Origin: Pseudomonadota bacterium | GTDB lineage: Bacteria; Pseudomonadota; Gammaproteobacteria; Steroidobacterales; Steroidobacteraceae | DNA length: 64,000 nucleotides | Direction: 5' to 3' | Assembly (NCBI GenBank): GCA_025351005.1 | Contig: JANXWS010000088.1 | Span: 8,648 to 72,647 of the forward strand | Part shown: positions 62,397-64,000 of the stretch, in pieces | Layout: each line of letters begins with the position of its first letter | How positions within the stretch are numbered: the first letter of the stretch is position 1 | The notes under the pieces: model-generated | What the model was told of the DNA's origin: nothing | The model's input: the letters and a program-made list of their open reading frames with translations, nothing else | Databases searched by the model: none | Position numbers and translations under genes: made by a program

Positions 62397-62498
62397 TCAG
62401 CTGCCCCGCCCGCGGCCCGCACGTTGCGGCGACCGAGGTTCCTCCCTTTCGGCCCGCTCAGGTAGCATCGGCCCGACCAATCCCCTCCGGAGCCGCCG

Positions 62499-63071
62499 AT
62501 GACGATGCTGATCGCGGGCCTGGTGCTGTTCCTCGGCGTGCACTCGATCACGATCGTCGCGCCGGCCGGACGCGACCGGCTCGCCGCACGACTCGGCACC
62601 GGCCCGTGGCGGGCCGTGCATGGGCTGATCGCCCTCGCGGGCCTCGTGCTGATCGTGGTCGGCTTCGGCGCCGCCCGCGCCGCACCGGTGCTGCTCTACG
62701 TTCCGCCGCGCTGGCTGCATCTGTTCGCGGTTGTGCTGATGGCGGCGGCGTTCCCGATGATGTTCGCGAGCTTCATCAGGGGACGGATCCAGGCGAGGCT
62801 GCAGCACCCGCTGCTCGTCGCCACCAAGACCTGGGCCTTCGCGCACCTGCTCGCGAACGGCCGGCTCGTCGACCTGGTCCTGTTCGGCAGCATCCTCGCG
62901 TGGGCGGTCGCCGGTCTCGTGTCGCTGAAGCGCCGCAAGCCGCGCCCGGCCGTGTCCGCAGCGGTCGCGCCCTACAACGACCTGCTCGCGGTGGCGCTCG
63001 GTCTCGGCCTCTACGCCGCGTTTCTGCTGGGAGCCCACCAGTGGCTCGTCGGCGTCGCGCCGCTCGGCTGA
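62499..63071 (+). CDS. NnrU-family membrane protein
   Basis: ~190 aa with 5 TMs. Motifs LFLGVHS and KTWAFAHLLANG are typical of NnrU-like proteins. Confidence 0.7.
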   Translation: MTMLIAGLVLFLGVHSITIVAPAGRDRLAARLGTGPWRAVHGLIALAGLVLIVVGFGAARAAPVLLYVPPRWLHLFAVVLMAAAFPMMFASFIRGRIQARLQHPLLVATKTWAFAHLLANGRLVDLVLFGSILAWAVAGLVSLKRRKPRPAVSAAVAPYNDLLAVALGLGLYAAFLLGAHQWLVGVAPLG

Positions 63072-63084
63072 GCCGGCTGCGGTA

Positions 63085-63480
63085 TCAGGCCGGCCAGGCG
63101 CGCGCCAGCAGGCTGAGCGCGAGCGCGAGCATCGCGCCCCACGTCAGCACCATGCCGGCGAGCCGGCCGGGCGACGGCGATGCGGTGCGGCTGAGTGCGG
63201 CGGCGTGCAGCAGCCGGCCGACGAGGATCGCGCTGCCGGCGACGTGCAGCGCGGGCACGGGGAGCGCGTGGCCGAGCTCGGCGAGCAGCAGCAGCAGCAG
63301 CGCGAGCGGCGCGTATTCGATCAGGTTGCCATGGGCCCGGATCGCGCGGATGAGCTCGCCATGGGCGCCGTCGCCGATGCGGACCCGGTAGCGGATCCGC
63401 AGCCGCACGACCCGCAGGGCGAGGCCGACGACCAGCACGCCGAGCGGTGCCGCGTAGAGGCCCGTGACCAGCCCGTTCAC
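63085..63480 (-). CDS. MAPEG-family membrane protein
   Basis: 131 aa with 3-4 TMs. RVRIGDG...RAHGNLIEYAPLALLLL resembles the MAPEG signature. Confidence 0.65.
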   Translation of the reverse strand: MNGLVTGLYAAPLGVLVVGLALRVVRLRIRYRVRIGDGAHGELIRAIRAHGNLIEYAPLALLLLLLAELGHALPVPALHVAGSAILVGRLLHAAALSRTASPSPGRLAGMVLTWGAMLALALSLLARAWPA

Positions 63481-63513
63481 GTCGTTACCGCAGTCCCCTG
63501 CCCGCCCTGCCGC

Positions 63514-63996
63514 CTACAGCTGTCCGAGCACGTACTCGGCGGCGCTGACGCGGAACTCGCCCGCGCTCTCGACGTTGAGTTGCGTCACGACGCCGTTCCT
63601 GGCCACGAGCGCGAAGCGCTTGCCGCGCGTACCCATGCCGAAGCCGCTCGCATCGAGCTCGAGCCCGAGCGCCTTCGTGAACTCGGCGTTGCCGTCGGCC
63701 AGCATCAGGATGTTGTCGCCGGTGTTGCTCGCCTTGCCCCAGGCGGCCATGACGAACACGTCGTTGACCGCGACGCAGGCGACTGTGTCGACGCCCTTGG
63801 CCTTGAGCTTGTCGTAGTTTTGCACGAAGCCGGGCAGATGCTTGGCGTCGCAGGTCGGCGTGAATGCGCCGGGCACCGAGAACAGTACGACCGTCTTGCC
63901 CTTGAAGAGGTCGGTGGTCGTGATGTTCGCCGGACCGTCCTTGGTCATGTGCTTGAGAGTGGCCGACGGAACGCGGTCGCCTACCTTGATGGCCAT
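63514..63996 (-). CDS. Peroxiredoxin, Prx5-like (glutathione/glutaredoxin-dependent type)
   Basis: Peroxidatic Cys motif FSVPGAFTPTCD. Typical 160-aa Prx5 subfamily sequence. Confidence 0.9.
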   Translation of the reverse strand: MAIKVGDRVPSATLKHMTKDGPANITTTDLFKGKTVVLFSVPGAFTPTCDAKHLPGFVQNYDKLKAKGVDTVACVAVNDVFVMAAWGKASNTGDNILMLADGNAEFTKALGLELDASGFGMGTRGKRFALVARNGVVTQLNVESAGEFRVSAAEYVLGQL

Positions 63997-64000
63997 ATCT

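Noticed and set aside
1-64000. Looked for CRISPR arrays, rRNA genes, complete tRNAs, prophage, integrase or toxin-antitoxin pairs.
   Set aside because: No regularly spaced direct repeats, rRNA-like conserved strings, cloverleaf candidates, or integrase, capsid or terminase-like ORFs were seen by eye. Absence is not proven without tools.

Overview
About 64 kb of chromosomal DNA from a very GC-rich Gram-negative proteobacterium (roughly 70% G+C judged by eye, not computed). The order fabD-fabG-acpP-fabF-(pabB)-pabC-mltG-tmk-holB-pilZ is the classic gammaproteobacterial (Pseudomonas/Xanthomonas-like) arrangement. Left to right: (1) parvulin-type PPIase, SDR oxidoreductase and a CBS-pair protein. 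(2) A complete System I cytochrome c maturation operon, ccmABCDEFGHI, abutted by an ATP/ADP-translocase-like MFS gene. (3) dTDP-rhamnose genes rfbB-rfbD-rfbA-rfbC. (4) An M13 zinc metallopeptidase and a 2OG-Fe(II) oxygenase. (5) A visibly lower-GC accessory stretch (~17.6-24.9 kb) holding a DUF457/YdjM-like membrane hydrolase, an apparently intact ISNCY-like insertion sequence, a DUF4386-like membrane protein, an OPA-type MFS + HAD phosphatase + unknown exported protein operon, and a small Lys/Gln-rich exported protein. (6) A four-gene signalling operon: receiver-like/TonB_C fusion, membrane CheA-type kinase without a CheW domain, CheY, CheX. (7) A Gre-family factor, an AT-rich control region, an orphan ORF and a DUF1863/ThsB-like TIR gene. 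(8) An EEP-family enzyme + FadB/FadJ-like fusion, and a cNMP-cNMP-rhodanese protein. (9) The housekeeping block pilZ to fabD. (10) A partial type II secretion operon, gspG-N, with no gspC/D/E/F. (11) A tightly packed minus-strand run: aminotransferase, AddB-like, AddA-like, FHA/coiled-coil protein. (12) etfBA, an NnrU-family protein, a MAPEG-family protein and a Prx5-like peroxiredoxin. I saw no rRNA, complete tRNA or CRISPR array. Many long ORFs in the supplied track are GC-driven antisense or out-of-frame shadows, or N-terminal over-extensions; start codons were re-picked where the conserved N-terminus made this clear. The most novelty-relevant observations are the TonB_C/receiver-like + CheA-like + CheY + CheX operon, the AddAB-linked FHA coiled-coil gene, orphan minus-strand intrinsic terminators in the 423-bp aminotransferase/etfB divergent region, and the lone TIR-like gene in an AT-rich pocket. 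All functional calls come from motif recognition by eye; no database search was run.
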